From positions 1,440,001 to 1,504,000 of the forward strand of contig CAWCYI010000006.1 in NCBI GenBank assembly GCA_963799845.1: DNA of 64,000 bases, in the 5' to 3' direction. The stretch comes from an uncultured Nitrososphaerota archaeon (GTDB taxonomy: Archaea; Thermoproteota; Nitrososphaeria; Nitrososphaerales; CADDZS01). The position numbers were made by a program, and so were the translations under genes. The notes beneath the pieces were generated by a model. That model was not told the origin of the DNA and did not search any database. It saw only the letters and a list, made by a program, of their open reading frames with translations. Positions 39,301-49,372 of the stretch are shown here, piece after piece (positions within the stretch are counted from its first letter, which is position 1; every line of letters starts with the position of its first letter).

Positions 39301-40425
39301 TTGACTGCCGTTCAAAACAAAGTGCCGATTGCTGTGCCCGCAATCAATGGGTCTGATGTCGAAGCTGTAAAATCGGTAGTCTCCTCCGGTTGGATCTCTG
39401 GAAGAGGTAAAGACATTGTTGATTTTGAGAATGAGTTCGGAGCGTGGTTAGGCATCAGGAACGCTGTTACCTGTTCTTCGGGCACAAGCGCTCTTCATTT
39501 GGCACTTGAAGCTATCAACGTGAGGTCGGGAGATGAAGTAATAATCCCGTCTTTTAGTATGGGGGCCATTTCGTTTGCTGTCTCATACACACGTGCCAGA
39601 ATTGTTCTAGTCGATTCCGAATTAAATACATGGAATATTGATTCTTCCCAGATAGAGAAAAAAATTACCCCGAAAACCAAAGCCATCATCGTTATGCATA
39701 CCTACGGCCATCCCGCTGATCTCGACCCGATAATCAAGTTGTGCAAGGGTCGCAACATTACCCTAATCGAAGATGCAGCGGAGGCACATGGTGCGGAGTA
39801 TCACGGAAAAAAGGTTGGCTCGATTGGAGACATTGGCTGTTTCAGTTTTTTCTCTAACAAAATTATTACAACCGGAGAGGGAGGAGCGGTCGTAACAAAT
39901 GACGATGAGATCTCAAATAATGTCAAAATTCTACGCGACATGGCCTTCTCTAGAAATCCGTCAAAAAAGTTTCTTCACGAGCGCATCGGATTCAATTATA
40001 GGATGACTAATATGCAAGCTGCATTGGGAAGATCTCAATTAAGACGAATCGACGAATTCATACTAACAAGGACAAATAATGCTAAGTTGTATAATATTTT
40101 GTTATCAAAAGTTCCAGGAATATTAACACCTCCTGAAACGACTTGGGCCAAGAGTGTTTTTTGGATGTACTCAATCTTAGTAACTCCGGAGTATGGATTC
40201 AGCAGAGATGAGCTAATGGTAAAGCTTTCCAATAATGGAATCGAAACTAGGCCATTCTTTGTTCCAGTCAATCAACAGCCCGTATTTGCGAATGAATTTC
40301 GCCATGAAAGTTACCCGAATGCTGAGATGCTATCTGAACAAGGTCTCAATTTGCCCTCTGGAAACACCTTGACAGCAGAACAGGTGCAGTATGTCGCTGA
40401 TGTGATTAGTTTAATTCAAAAATAG
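39301..40425 (+). CDS. DegT/DnrJ/EryC1/StrS aminotransferase (perosamine-synthetase-like)
   Basis: SSGTSALHLAL, IEDAAEAHG, FSFFSNKIITTGEGG (PLP Lys), GFNYRMTNMQAA. Confidence 0.93.
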   Translation: MTAVQNKVPIAVPAINGSDVEAVKSVVSSGWISGRGKDIVDFENEFGAWLGIRNAVTCSSGTSALHLALEAINVRSGDEVIIPSFSMGAISFAVSYTRARIVLVDSELNTWNIDSSQIEKKITPKTKAIIVMHTYGHPADLDPIIKLCKGRNITLIEDAAEAHGAEYHGKKVGSIGDIGCFSFFSNKIITTGEGGAVVTNDDEISNNVKILRDMAFSRNPSKKFLHERIGFNYRMTNMQAALGRSQLRRIDEFILTRTNNAKLYNILLSKVPGILTPPETTWAKSVFWMYSILVTPEYGFSRDELMVKLSNNGIETRPFFVPVNQQPVFANEFRHESYPNAEMLSEQGLNLPSGNTLTAEQVQYVADVISLIQK

Positions 40426-40483
40426 ATTCTTGCTCAGTGGAAATCATCCTGACTTTAGGCGTGATCAAGAGGTTATCTACTTA

Positions 40484-41216
40484 GAGATCATCCGGAAATT
40501 GCTTAGTGTTAGCTAACAACATGGTCTAATCTCATGGCCCTTGCATCGTAATGGCCACCCTCGATAGATGAGATTTCCGATGACGAAACATCATTGAAGC
40601 AGATAACGCTAGAAGAGCAGCAACAACAAGAAGAGGATCTGGGCATCGACAAGCGCTATCAGATCCCAGACGAGCTATGGAAGAGAATTCAGGTGCTGAT
40701 TCCTCCACCCCCACCAAGGAAGAACAAGGACAGACCAGGGCGTCCGAGGATGGATAACTGGAAGGCTATGAACGCGATATACTACATTGCCAGGACTGGA
40801 TGTCAGTGGAAAGCCCTTCCAAGATCACTCGGAGCTCCAAGCACCGTGCACGACAGGTTTCAGGAGTGGAGAGAAGCCTACGTATTCGAAAACATGTGGA
40901 AGGAAGGCTTGCTCGAATACGATTGCAATGAAGGGGATCGAGTGGGAGTGGCAGGCTATTGACGGCGCTCTCACAAAGGCTCCTCTCGGGGGGAAAAAGC
41001 ACGGGACCAAATCCGACCGACCGATCGAAATCTGGCACAAAAAGAGAACTACTTGTTGACGGGAACGGAATACCACTCGCCGTGGCGGTTGCGGGTGCAA
41101 ACAGACACGACGTCTCTTGATTCGATGGGAAAAGAAAGAGGAAAACTACTTGGCGATGCTACATATTGCCTGCGCATTCATAACGTATGGTCAGACTGAA
41201 ATTTCCGGATGATCTC
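40484..41216 (+). mobile_element. IS5-family insertion sequence (IS1031-like), internally deleted and non-autonomous
   Basis: Perfect 17-bp TIRs: GAGATCATCCGGAAATT (40484-40500) and its reverse complement (41200-41216), with TTA direct repeats on both sides. Transposase remnants GRPR, RTGCQWKALP, STVHDRFQEW, IDG, GANRHD, IRWEKK. Confidence 0.92.
40594..41190 (+). pseudogene. IS5 transposase remnant
   Basis: Frameshifted; jumps from GANRHD directly to LLIRWEKKEENYLAMLHIACA, lacking the DKGYD and VER segments of the catalytic core. Confidence 0.85.
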
Positions 41217-41333
41217 TTAATTAAGAATAAAACCGGACTCAGCTCGCATTTCTTCATTCCGAGACGGTAAATCATAGCAGTCTGCCACTCATCATAGGAT
41301 ATTCTAGTCGAGTTTGATTCTGATTACATAAAT

Positions 41334-41972
41334 ATGAATTCGGTATTACGTGTCAGGAGTTTGAAAGAATCGTTCTGGAAGCCTCATTGGGAGAAAATGG
41401 CGCTTTTAGATTCTAATGGACGAGAACACCAAGTTTTCGACTCTGAAATTACGAAAGACATTGACGAGAAGCTCAATCTGAGTTCGAACGAGACCATCTT
41501 GAACATTGGATGTGGAACTGGAATTTTGGAATCTGCCTTTCCGAGCTACCAAATATTCTCGATTGATTTCGCGAGAAACATGTTGCGAAAAAATGTCATA
41601 AAAAACGGAATTGTTGCTGACGCCTCTTACTTACCGTTTAAACCAAATTCTTTCGACAAAATATGTGCTTACTCTGTGCTGCAATATGTCGGGAGTTCTA
41701 AAGCGTCCAAGATGATCGAAGAAATTTCAGTTTGCCAGAAGGCTAGAGGACTATGCTTGCTGGGTGATGTAGAACTGCGATCCAATTCGCCTTTGAAATT
41801 ACTTCGATATGTTATTGCCTATTTGTTAGTCAAAAATCGTTTTTACTATTATTCCATCGCTCGTATTCGTGGCCAGTGCAATCAAAGAGGACTAAATGTG
41901 AAGGTTTTGAAGCAAGCTGCATACCTGCCTTTTTCTGATCGGAGAGTCGATCTTCTGCTTTCGGTCGACTAA
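41334..41972 (+). CDS. Class I SAM-dependent methyltransferase
   Basis: ILNIGCGTG, ADASYLPF..NSFD. Confidence 0.85.
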   Translation: MNSVLRVRSLKESFWKPHWEKMALLDSNGREHQVFDSEITKDIDEKLNLSSNETILNIGCGTGILESAFPSYQIFSIDFARNMLRKNVIKNGIVADASYLPFKPNSFDKICAYSVLQYVGSSKASKMIEEISVCQKARGLCLLGDVELRSNSPLKLLRYVIAYLLVKNRFYYYSIARIRGQCNQRGLNVKVLKQAAYLPFSDRRVDLLLSVD

Positions 41973-42223
41973 TAATAGGATGTGTTCGGTGAAATTCTTA
42001 GAATGCTTTTGAGTTACGAAGATCTTGGCTTGATTTAGACATATGGAGAAATGTGAGCGTTCCGATGTTTTCTTCAAAAGATATAGTTATGAATCTATCT
42101 TCTAGACTTCCAAAGACAGAAAGGTTCCGGTACGAACAAGTATTGTCGTACTCTGTCATCGCTTTCCAGGAATTGAACTCTAATTTTGGCATGTAATCAA
42201 AACTAGAATGTGGTTAACGCCAA

Positions 42224-43462
42224 TTGACTCTAGACCTCTTTTTCTTACCTAATCCATATTTTAGGTTCCGGCTAATCCCGAGTGTTGTTCAGTCACTTTC
42301 GTTCGAAGATATCCTAAGATCCTTAAATCAGGATTCTGATTCAACGATTACTTTTGGGGAAAACTTCTCGAACAAAGTTCTCGCCAGATCGGCAGTTTCT
42401 CTTGACTCGGGCCGAGCGTCGCTCAAGCTTGCACTCGACTTGCTAGGAGTTGGGAGCGGGAATGAAGTCATAATACCGTCGCTGGTGTGTGGAGTAGTAG
42501 CCGACGCAATCAGGAGCGTGAAAGCAAATCCGGTATTGGTTGATGTTAACTCGTCAAATGGAACCTTAGATCCTGAAAAGCTTGAACATTGCATTACTCC
42601 GAGAACGAAGGCAATCATTCCCGTACACTACCAAGGGCTTCCTTGCGACATGGAAGCGATTTGCGAGATCAGCAGAAAATATGGGATCGCAGTTATTGAA
42701 GATTGTGCACATTCAATTGGATCAACTTACAGGAGCAAGCTCCTAGGAGGATTTGGTGATTTTGCCTTCTACAGTTTTGGTCCAGACAAACCAATTACTA
42801 CGGGTTACGGGGGGATGCTGACTACAGCGTCTTCAGAATCTGCTCAGCTTTTGAGCCGAAAGATCCATGAACTACCTCAAGCTAAGAAATCTGACAGGTA
42901 CCGAAATTTGAAGTCGTTAATTGAAACTAACTGTTTGCAAGTCAAGCAATGTTTCGGTATTTGCACTCTTTTTTATTATCCTTTTTTCAAAATGCCTTTA
43001 TCAATTACTAAGCCTCAGCATCTCGCTAACTATAGAATGATGTCTAATCTTTCGGCTAAAGTTGGAATGATTCAGCTATCTGAAATGGATTCATTGATCC
43101 AGAAACGAATTGAAAACAGCTCAAAGATAAGGAAAATGGTTGAGGAAAATCAGAATTTGAAACAAATTGAACCGAGCAACGAAATCAAGCCTGTGTTCTT
43201 GCGATATACGGTATTGGCGAGAGATCAAACCTCGCGAGACAAATTAATGAAAAACTTCAAACGTCATGGAATTGAAGCTGGTCCAATCAACTGGAGGGTA
43301 CCATTACATCGCTCTGCCTACTATCGCCAAATTTGCCAAATAGGAAACGATTATGAGGGCACTGATAACTTCTGTGAAAAATTTCTCAACCTACCTTGTC
43401 ATCCTTTTTTGCGCGAAAAGGACCTAATCTCAATCAAAAACGTTCTCTCGGAAAATCTTTAG
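42224..43462 (+). CDS. DegT/DnrJ/EryC1/StrS-family aminotransferase
   Basis: SGRASL.LAL, VIEDCAHSIG, YSFGPDKPITTGYGG, NLPCHP. Confidence 0.9.
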   Translation: MTLDLFFLPNPYFRFRLIPSVVQSLSFEDILRSLNQDSDSTITFGENFSNKVLARSAVSLDSGRASLKLALDLLGVGSGNEVIIPSLVCGVVADAIRSVKANPVLVDVNSSNGTLDPEKLEHCITPRTKAIIPVHYQGLPCDMEAICEISRKYGIAVIEDCAHSIGSTYRSKLLGGFGDFAFYSFGPDKPITTGYGGMLTTASSESAQLLSRKIHELPQAKKSDRYRNLKSLIETNCLQVKQCFGICTLFYYPFFKMPLSITKPQHLANYRMMSNLSAKVGMIQLSEMDSLIQKRIENSSKIRKMVEENQNLKQIEPSNEIKPVFLRYTVLARDQTSRDKLMKNFKRHGIEAGPINWRVPLHRSAYYRQICQIGNDYEGTDNFCEKFLNLPCHPFLREKDLISIKNVLSENL

Positions 43463-43490
43463 GCATGATTTCATTCTAAATTAATGGAAT

Positions 43491-44537
43491 TCATCTTCTC
43501 AAGTGAGTGAAACGTCTGCTTTTAACCACTAAATTGTGAAATGCTTCGGAAGAGTAGTACATCCGAGAAGCAAGTGAGTAGGTTTTTCCCAGAAGATAGA
43601 CCGGAGTCGAAACTTTAACACCACCCCATTTGTTTTTGAAATCATAGATTCCCGACAAAGCCTTGAACTTGCTTGATGACGCCCCGAAGAGATCGAATAA
43701 CTTCGCATTATGACTTTGACCCCAAACAATTGAATTCCAGAGCAACGCATCGTTAGGTTGATAGCTCAGAAACTTAGGCGTCGAGGCATTCCTAAACCAC
43801 TGCATGCTACCATACGCAGCGTACAGTAGGGAGCCAGCCACAACCTCGTTATTAACAAGAGCGACCAAAAGCACGCACTTGCTTTTTGGTCTAAGCGTTG
43901 AATGAATTGCTCTTAAAGTATCTTCAGATAACATCATGTGAGGATACCCCTTCCTAATAGTTTCTTGTTTTTGAATTTGGAAGTAGGATTCCCATAGACG
44001 TAGGTCGTTTGTTTCTACGACTTTGACACTCTTTTTCTCTGCATTTTTGACTCCCCATCGCGCAGACTTCGAGATGTTTTCCCAGATCGTATTTTGTTCT
44101 GCCGTGAGGTTTATGAGAAAAGTGAAGCGTTCCGAATAGATTCCATCAAAGATTCTACTCTGTTCGGGAGCAAAGTAAGGACTGAACAGAAAGCTGCCGA
44201 AATTAGACCTTTTCTTCCAAAGTGAAATTAGGCGCATTAACATTTCGTTTGCAAGTGATTCGGATCCTGGCGAGTATATGGGACCTCCTGCGCTCATGAC
44301 GGCCGCACCGAGGCGAAGTCTCCTTTCCCATATTCGAATTCCCGCGATTTCATTTTTGCTTCCTCTGGCGATCACAAAGAAGCTATTTTCCGATTCAAAA
44401 TCATTTGCGATTTTTGCCCAATCGACATCCTGAAACAGACTGAAATACTTGCTTGTTTCAGCTATTTTATTCCATAGATTTACATCCAAATCATTTAGCG
44501 AACTGGTCGTAAGATCAATTAATGTCATATTTCTCAA
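43491..44537 (-). CDS. FemAB-like / GNAT-fold acyl- or aminoacyl-transferase
   Basis: SLFQ..DW, NLT....IWE..S..AR..V..AEK..V, YQPNDALLW, FDLFG, GIYDFK.KWGG. Confidence 0.82.
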   Translation of the reverse strand: MRNMTLIDLTTSSLNDLDVNLWNKIAETSKYFSLFQDVDWAKIANDFESENSFFVIARGSKNEIAGIRIWERRLRLGAAVMSAGGPIYSPGSESLANEMLMRLISLWKKRSNFGSFLFSPYFAPEQSRIFDGIYSERFTFLINLTAEQNTIWENISKSARWGVKNAEKKSVKVVETNDLRLWESYFQIQKQETIRKGYPHMMLSEDTLRAIHSTLRPKSKCVLLVALVNNEVVAGSLLYAAYGSMQWFRNASTPKFLSYQPNDALLWNSIVWGQSHNAKLFDLFGASSSKFKALSGIYDFKNKWGGVKVSTPVYLLGKTYSLASRMYYSSEAFHNLVVKSRRFTHLRR

Positions 44538-44550
44538 ATAATTTCCGTCA

Positions 44551-45186
44551 TCAGATTTTGGAACTTAGCGCAAATATCTCGTATCCCTTACCATCGGGAA
44601 CTATTTTTTCATAGTCGTCAGTTATTTTGGTTTCGATGAATCCTGGGACAGTTAGATTTACGTCAAATAATTTCCTGAATGGAAAGATAATCAGATCTTG
44701 AATTAAGACGCCCAATGCTACCGAAAAACTGGCTGAGCTGAAGATCGAGAGGCATTTGAATCCCGTTCTGCTGAGCATTTGATCTATCGTTTTAATGCTG
44801 TAATGTCTATGACGGCCTATGTAGATAGCCGGATCGAGAAGGCGATAAATAACAATGTCATTCGGCGTTGTCAATATCATCTTGCCTCCTTTTCTCATGA
44901 CTCTTTGAATCTCTATGAGTGATTGGATTTCTGAGCCAGCTGGTAAGTGCTCGATCACGTCAGTGAAAAAGACTAAATCAAAAATATTTGATCTAAGGGG
45001 GAGCATCAGAGCGTCCGCGGTAATGTCAGGACGTGATTCCCTTTCAATATCGATGTTTATGCACGCGAGGCGGGTCGCCTTCGAGCCGACCGACAAGGAT
45101 AGCCCCCAGTCGTCTTTCGCTAGTAATTTTACACTTTGAAGGCGACCTGGAACAGTTGAAGCAGTCCTACTACTACCGAAAGCCAA
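44551..45186 (-). CDS. Methyltransferase type 11
   Basis: LSVGS, ADALMLP....FD......VIEHL, GGKMILTTPN. Confidence 0.82.
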   Translation of the reverse strand: MAFGSSRTASTVPGRLQSVKLLAKDDWGLSLSVGSKATRLACINIDIERESRPDITADALMLPLRSNIFDLVFFTDVIEHLPAGSEIQSLIEIQRVMRKGGKMILTTPNDIVIYRLLDPAIYIGRHRHYSIKTIDQMLSRTGFKCLSIFSSASFSVALGVLIQDLIIFPFRKLFDVNLTVPGFIETKITDDYEKIVPDGKGYEIFALSSKI

Positions 45187-45193
45187 GACTTCT

Positions 45194-47452
45194 CTACAAC
45201 CCGAGCATCCTATTCCGCTTCATCCGGAAAAATCCAAACAATACAAGAACAGAAATAAAAGACGCCCCACTTACATAATCACCAACTATCTGGGCTTTTT
45301 GGGGAAGATAGTTGATCATTATGGTTCCATTCCCCGGACTCAACACCCAACCGTTGGCGTATTCGTTTACTTCAATATGACTCAATATTTTATTTGAGGA
45401 ATTCGTCGCGGTCCAAAGTGCAGAATATGATTCTGAAAACACCAAAACCGAAGTAGTCTTAGAAGAATACGTAACTCTGAATTGTGTACCGCTCAAGGTG
45501 TCCACTTGGATTTGCGGAGTCGCATTAGAATTATCTATGGAACTTAATGTTTGCCTTTCTGTTTGATTTGCAAATACTACACTTTCGATAGATCCTTGAT
45601 TTATTTGATTCTGCAGATCCGCCAATGAATCCACAAATTTCACATTAGTACTTGTGTAGAATAAACCCGTTTCATTCGTGTTGGATACCTCATATACTGT
45701 CAGCTGTCCAAATTGACCTACCTCATTTATGCTCTTTTGAGTGGTTAGAAAATTGTGATAGCCGAGTAGCTCCTGCGGCGTGAGTACGTTAAGCAAAGTA
45801 TTATTGTCAATTGAATTATCATATACAATGTACCTGACGTTCATTAGGTTCAAGAGTGATGCGGCGGCACTATCATTGCTCTCAATTAAGTTGTAAATTG
45901 TCTGGACAAGTGAATCTCCAGGTGCGAGATTGAAGTAGCTGACTGGAGATATTACTGGCCGGGCGAAGGCATACCACCAATAAAACGAGACTGGTCCTTC
46001 GTAGTTCCAGTCTGTTGACATGTATGTCTCGACTCTAGGAAGGATGATTATCCTGAAAAACCCGCTTTTCGAATTCAACCACGCGTTCAGCTGGCCGTAG
46101 TATTCAGGAACTGCGACGCCTCTTTGTGTTGGAGCATACCAATTAGTAACAACTGCGCCCGTAGCAACTGGCCAGCCAGCAATAACGATCGATGAAACTA
46201 TCCCTAAGATACAAAAGGTCATCAATGCTTTCCTGACTGACTTGCTGAGATCAGAATTCCTTACCCAACCGATTATGCCAACTACAAACACTGATACCAA
46301 AATGCTCAGTGCAATTTGCGAGATTGGAAGAAAAAATGTCGGATCTGCGAAGAACCTGAAAGGGTAGAAATTCTGGAGCAACCAAGTATAAATCTCCCCA
46401 GCGGGCACCCCGCTGCCTTTCGCGAAGAAAATTGTGACAAGAGCTGTTAGAGATAGGAAAAAATTCTTTCCGTTTCTAAAAAACAATAAAGTTCCAAAGG
46501 CCATAATCGGAACCGCAATCGTACTTATAATAACCACTGAATTCGTATAGTAGACCGGTGAGTACGCGACGTAAAGTTTACCAAAGGATCCTTGTTCATT
46601 AGCGAACCCCCAAGAGGCAAGCATTCGAAGAGAATCCAGCAAATTCAAATTGAGAACTGTTGTTGAGACAGGCCTAGTGGCCAAAGTAGCAGAGGCGACC
46701 CCAAGGTTGTAGATTTGAGGCAACAACCACCAAGCATTGAATAATATCGTGAACACGGATGAACTGAAAAGCATTTTCAGACCGAGAGCAAAGCTGCTCC
46801 TCTCGGCTATCAGAAGATATACTACGTAACAGATCATTAGAATCCAAAGCAGGATTGCGTATTCTATGACAGGAAAACTGAGAAACAAAATCGGTGAAAT
46901 GAAGGCTATCGTCAATGAAAACCAACTTGTCCGGTTTCGGATTCCATGAAGAAACAGAGCTAAAGAGAGCATGATCGCGCCAAGCTCTAAGACTCCTTGA
47001 AGTACACTTTCCATTCCATATATTACCAGAACCGGACTGAAAGAAACCGCTATTGCGGCAACTAATCCAACTGTTCTTCTATGTTCGCTGACAAATTCCC
47101 GTGCAAGGAAATAGCAAGCAAAGGCAAGGAAGAATAATGATGTCGCAACAAATGTTTTCATTACTTCAGTTTCGTTAAACCCAATAGACCGTAAGGTATC
47201 AAAAAAGAACGGCGTTATGGTATTTTCCAACGGTTGTATGTTGGGGTATCCTCCGTTCGCTCGAGGATCCCAAGTGCTCAGTGTTGCATGGGAAGCCAAT
47301 GGCCAAGTTGTATCGCCTTGCATTAGAGTATAAGGAGAAGGAAACCAAAAAAATACACGCGCACTAAGCAAAGCGAGCAGTACAATATCTTGGACAAATT
47401 CGTTTCTAATGATTAGATTTACCGAATGCGATATACGTTCTATTTTCATCAT
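45194..47452 (-). CDS. Large polytopic membrane protein, GT-C-like (AftD/YfhO-like)
   Basis: QGD..WP N-terminal loop, about 12 TMs, N.WWLLP, VPEYY, FRIIILP, NVRYIV.D, LVFSESYS..W, N.YANGW. Confidence 0.75.
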   Translation of the reverse strand: MMKIERISHSVNLIIRNEFVQDIVLLALLSARVFFWFPSPYTLMQGDTTWPLASHATLSTWDPRANGGYPNIQPLENTITPFFFDTLRSIGFNETEVMKTFVATSLFFLAFACYFLAREFVSEHRRTVGLVAAIAVSFSPVLVIYGMESVLQGVLELGAIMLSLALFLHGIRNRTSWFSLTIAFISPILFLSFPVIEYAILLWILMICYVVYLLIAERSSFALGLKMLFSSSVFTILFNAWWLLPQIYNLGVASATLATRPVSTTVLNLNLLDSLRMLASWGFANEQGSFGKLYVAYSPVYYTNSVVIISTIAVPIMAFGTLLFFRNGKNFFLSLTALVTIFFAKGSGVPAGEIYTWLLQNFYPFRFFADPTFFLPISQIALSILVSVFVVGIIGWVRNSDLSKSVRKALMTFCILGIVSSIVIAGWPVATGAVVTNWYAPTQRGVAVPEYYGQLNAWLNSKSGFFRIIILPRVETYMSTDWNYEGPVSFYWWYAFARPVISPVSYFNLAPGDSLVQTIYNLIESNDSAAASLLNLMNVRYIVYDNSIDNNTLLNVLTPQELLGYHNFLTTQKSINEVGQFGQLTVYEVSNTNETGLFYTSTNVKFVDSLADLQNQINQGSIESVVFANQTERQTLSSIDNSNATPQIQVDTLSGTQFRVTYSSKTTSVLVFSESYSALWTATNSSNKILSHIEVNEYANGWVLSPGNGTIMINYLPQKAQIVGDYVSGASFISVLVLFGFFRMKRNRMLGL

Positions 47453-47517
47453 AAATTTGCCCGTTTCTTGGAGAATAGTTTTCGTGTGACCAGTTGCAGC
47501 AATATTTTTTCGTGAAT

Positions 47518-48330
47518 CTAACTACGAGATCCCAAAACAAGGCCAGCGAATTCAATTGATTTCAAAAATATCAAGCCGAATCCATACTTTGGAGATCCGC
47601 TGATCATCATGATCATCGAATCGGACCGAATCAATCGCGATGGTGAAAGTTGGCGTCTTGCACGAATTTGATTTTTTGCTGTATATTGATGTATAGTACG
47701 GCCGTAATGGTACTTCTTCAAGAACATCTTGCGTAGTGAGACTAGTCCTTCATTGTGCCAGATAATGCTACTGGTACGACCCACTGTGAAATGTCGATCC
47801 GAAAGCTTCCTATGGATATCCCAATCTTCTCCCGCTTCTAAACCTTCGTCGTATCCCTTTATTTCGAAAAAACGATCCTTGTTGAAAAAGCAGGGTGATT
47901 CGATTAATTCATTACCCAGATAGATTCTCTTCTCAAGCGCAATACACTTAGACCAAAAACCTCTTCCGAAAGATAGTTCCGGAACTATAATAGCTGAAAA
48001 TGTCCCGCTTTCGCAAATTGAAACCGATTCTTCAATGACATTTTGTTCGAGCTCCATATCTGAATCAATAAACATCACATACTTGCCCCGCGACTTTTCA
48101 GCCGCGATATTTCTTGCTTTACTTCGTTTCTCTCCGCTTTCCAAAACAGTATCAGCATACTTATTTGCAAATGAAATTGTTGTATCAATGCTAAATCTAT
48201 CTATTACGATAATTTCTGTATTCGTATACGACTGGGATCTTATCGATTGAAGACAATCCGAGATAGTCTCGCCTGAATTGAAGGTTGGGACTACTACTGA
48301 TACAACTATGTCGTTGTATTCCAAGCCCAT
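47518..48330 (-). CDS. GT2 glycosyltransferase
   Basis: VSVVVPTFNS, IIVID..S.D.T, FIDSD, GYDE....ED. Confidence 0.92.
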   Translation of the reverse strand: MGLEYNDIVVSVVVPTFNSGETISDCLQSIRSQSYTNTEIIVIDRFSIDTTISFANKYADTVLESGEKRSKARNIAAEKSRGKYVMFIDSDMELEQNVIEESVSICESGTFSAIIVPELSFGRGFWSKCIALEKRIYLGNELIESPCFFNKDRFFEIKGYDEGLEAGEDWDIHRKLSDRHFTVGRTSSIIWHNEGLVSLRKMFLKKYHYGRTIHQYTAKNQIRARRQLSPSRLIRSDSMIMMISGSPKYGFGLIFLKSIEFAGLVLGSRS

Positions 48331-48388
48331 TATCTTCCGAAGCAGTTTAGATTAATCTTTTGTCAAGCAGGATTATTGGTATGCGATC

Positions 48389-49132
48389 TCATCTTTTAGA
48401 GTAGATCATTTCCTTACGTATACGATTGTGGAAGCCTTGGGCTTTCAAGGATTTAATCAAAGGTTTTGGATTACCGTGGAATTCAATTGCGCAGGCTTTG
48501 ATGTTAGGAGCGAGTCTTCCCGTGAGAACCGGGTACTCACATCCTTCGCAATCCATCTTCAGAAAGACTTCTTTGTCCTTATTTAATAGGCAAATATGAT
48601 TAATTTCTTCGGCTGAAGAAACTGACTTGTTATACAGCGTAATGACTCCATCAAGCGAGTTCTGTTTTACATTTTCAACTGCAATTCCAAATCGCTCATT
48701 GTCAGGCTCATACGCAAATACATAAGCGCCTTCGAGTGCAAAATGTATTGCGCTATCACCAATAGACGCTCCTATATCTATCGCAATTTTTCCCCTAAGG
48801 AGAAGAATGTCATAGATTTTGTCCAAGAAAATCTCGTCTATAACATGCGAATAACCTGTTGTCAGCATTTTCAGCTTGATGCCCCCTTGCAGGTTTACAA
48901 TGGGAGACCCTTCTCTTAGATCATAAGAAATTCCTTTAGACATACAGTGCAGGCTATAGAGCTTTTCGTAAAATTCAAGGTGTATTGAATTGCTTACGAA
49001 AGAGGTTTCACCATTTCGAAATATCACTACTGTTGAGTGTTTTATTCCAGAATAGACCACCAAGACTGAAACCCAATTCCTAACGTATTTCCTTAGCATT
49101 AAGACCCCTCTAACACTCTTAAGATGGGGCAA
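48389..49132 (-). CDS. FkbM-family methyltransferase
   Basis: IDIGASIGDSA, AYEP, LKMDCEGCEY, IEFH. Confidence 0.88.
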   Translation of the reverse strand: MPHLKSVRGVLMLRKYVRNWVSVLVVYSGIKHSTVVIFRNGETSFVSNSIHLEFYEKLYSLHCMSKGISYDLREGSPIVNLQGGIKLKMLTTGYSHVIDEIFLDKIYDILLLRGKIAIDIGASIGDSAIHFALEGAYVFAYEPDNERFGIAVENVKQNSLDGVITLYNKSVSSAEEINHICLLNKDKEVFLKMDCEGCEYPVLTGRLAPNIKACAIEFHGNPKPLIKSLKAQGFHNRIRKEMIYSKR

Positions 49133-49372
49133 CAGCTCGAAGATTGAATTTTTTCATTTAAGACTTTGGCAATTATGAGTGTAGGTTATTCGTTTTTTGA
49201 CTTGTTGGTTTGATAAACTGCCACAGATATAGGAATATTTAACAGGAGTATAGGGAAACGAATTACTTTCTGTCTTGAGGTAAAAGACCATTGTCAGCAA
49301 GATTGATTTAAAGAATCCAACTGCTGTTCACAGACTTGAGTGGAATAGCGAGCTGTATCAAAATTTTCGAGT

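Noticed and set aside
41892-42192. Short minus-strand ORFs between the methyltransferase and DegT genes
   Set aside because: No motifs or paralogs; probably spurious.
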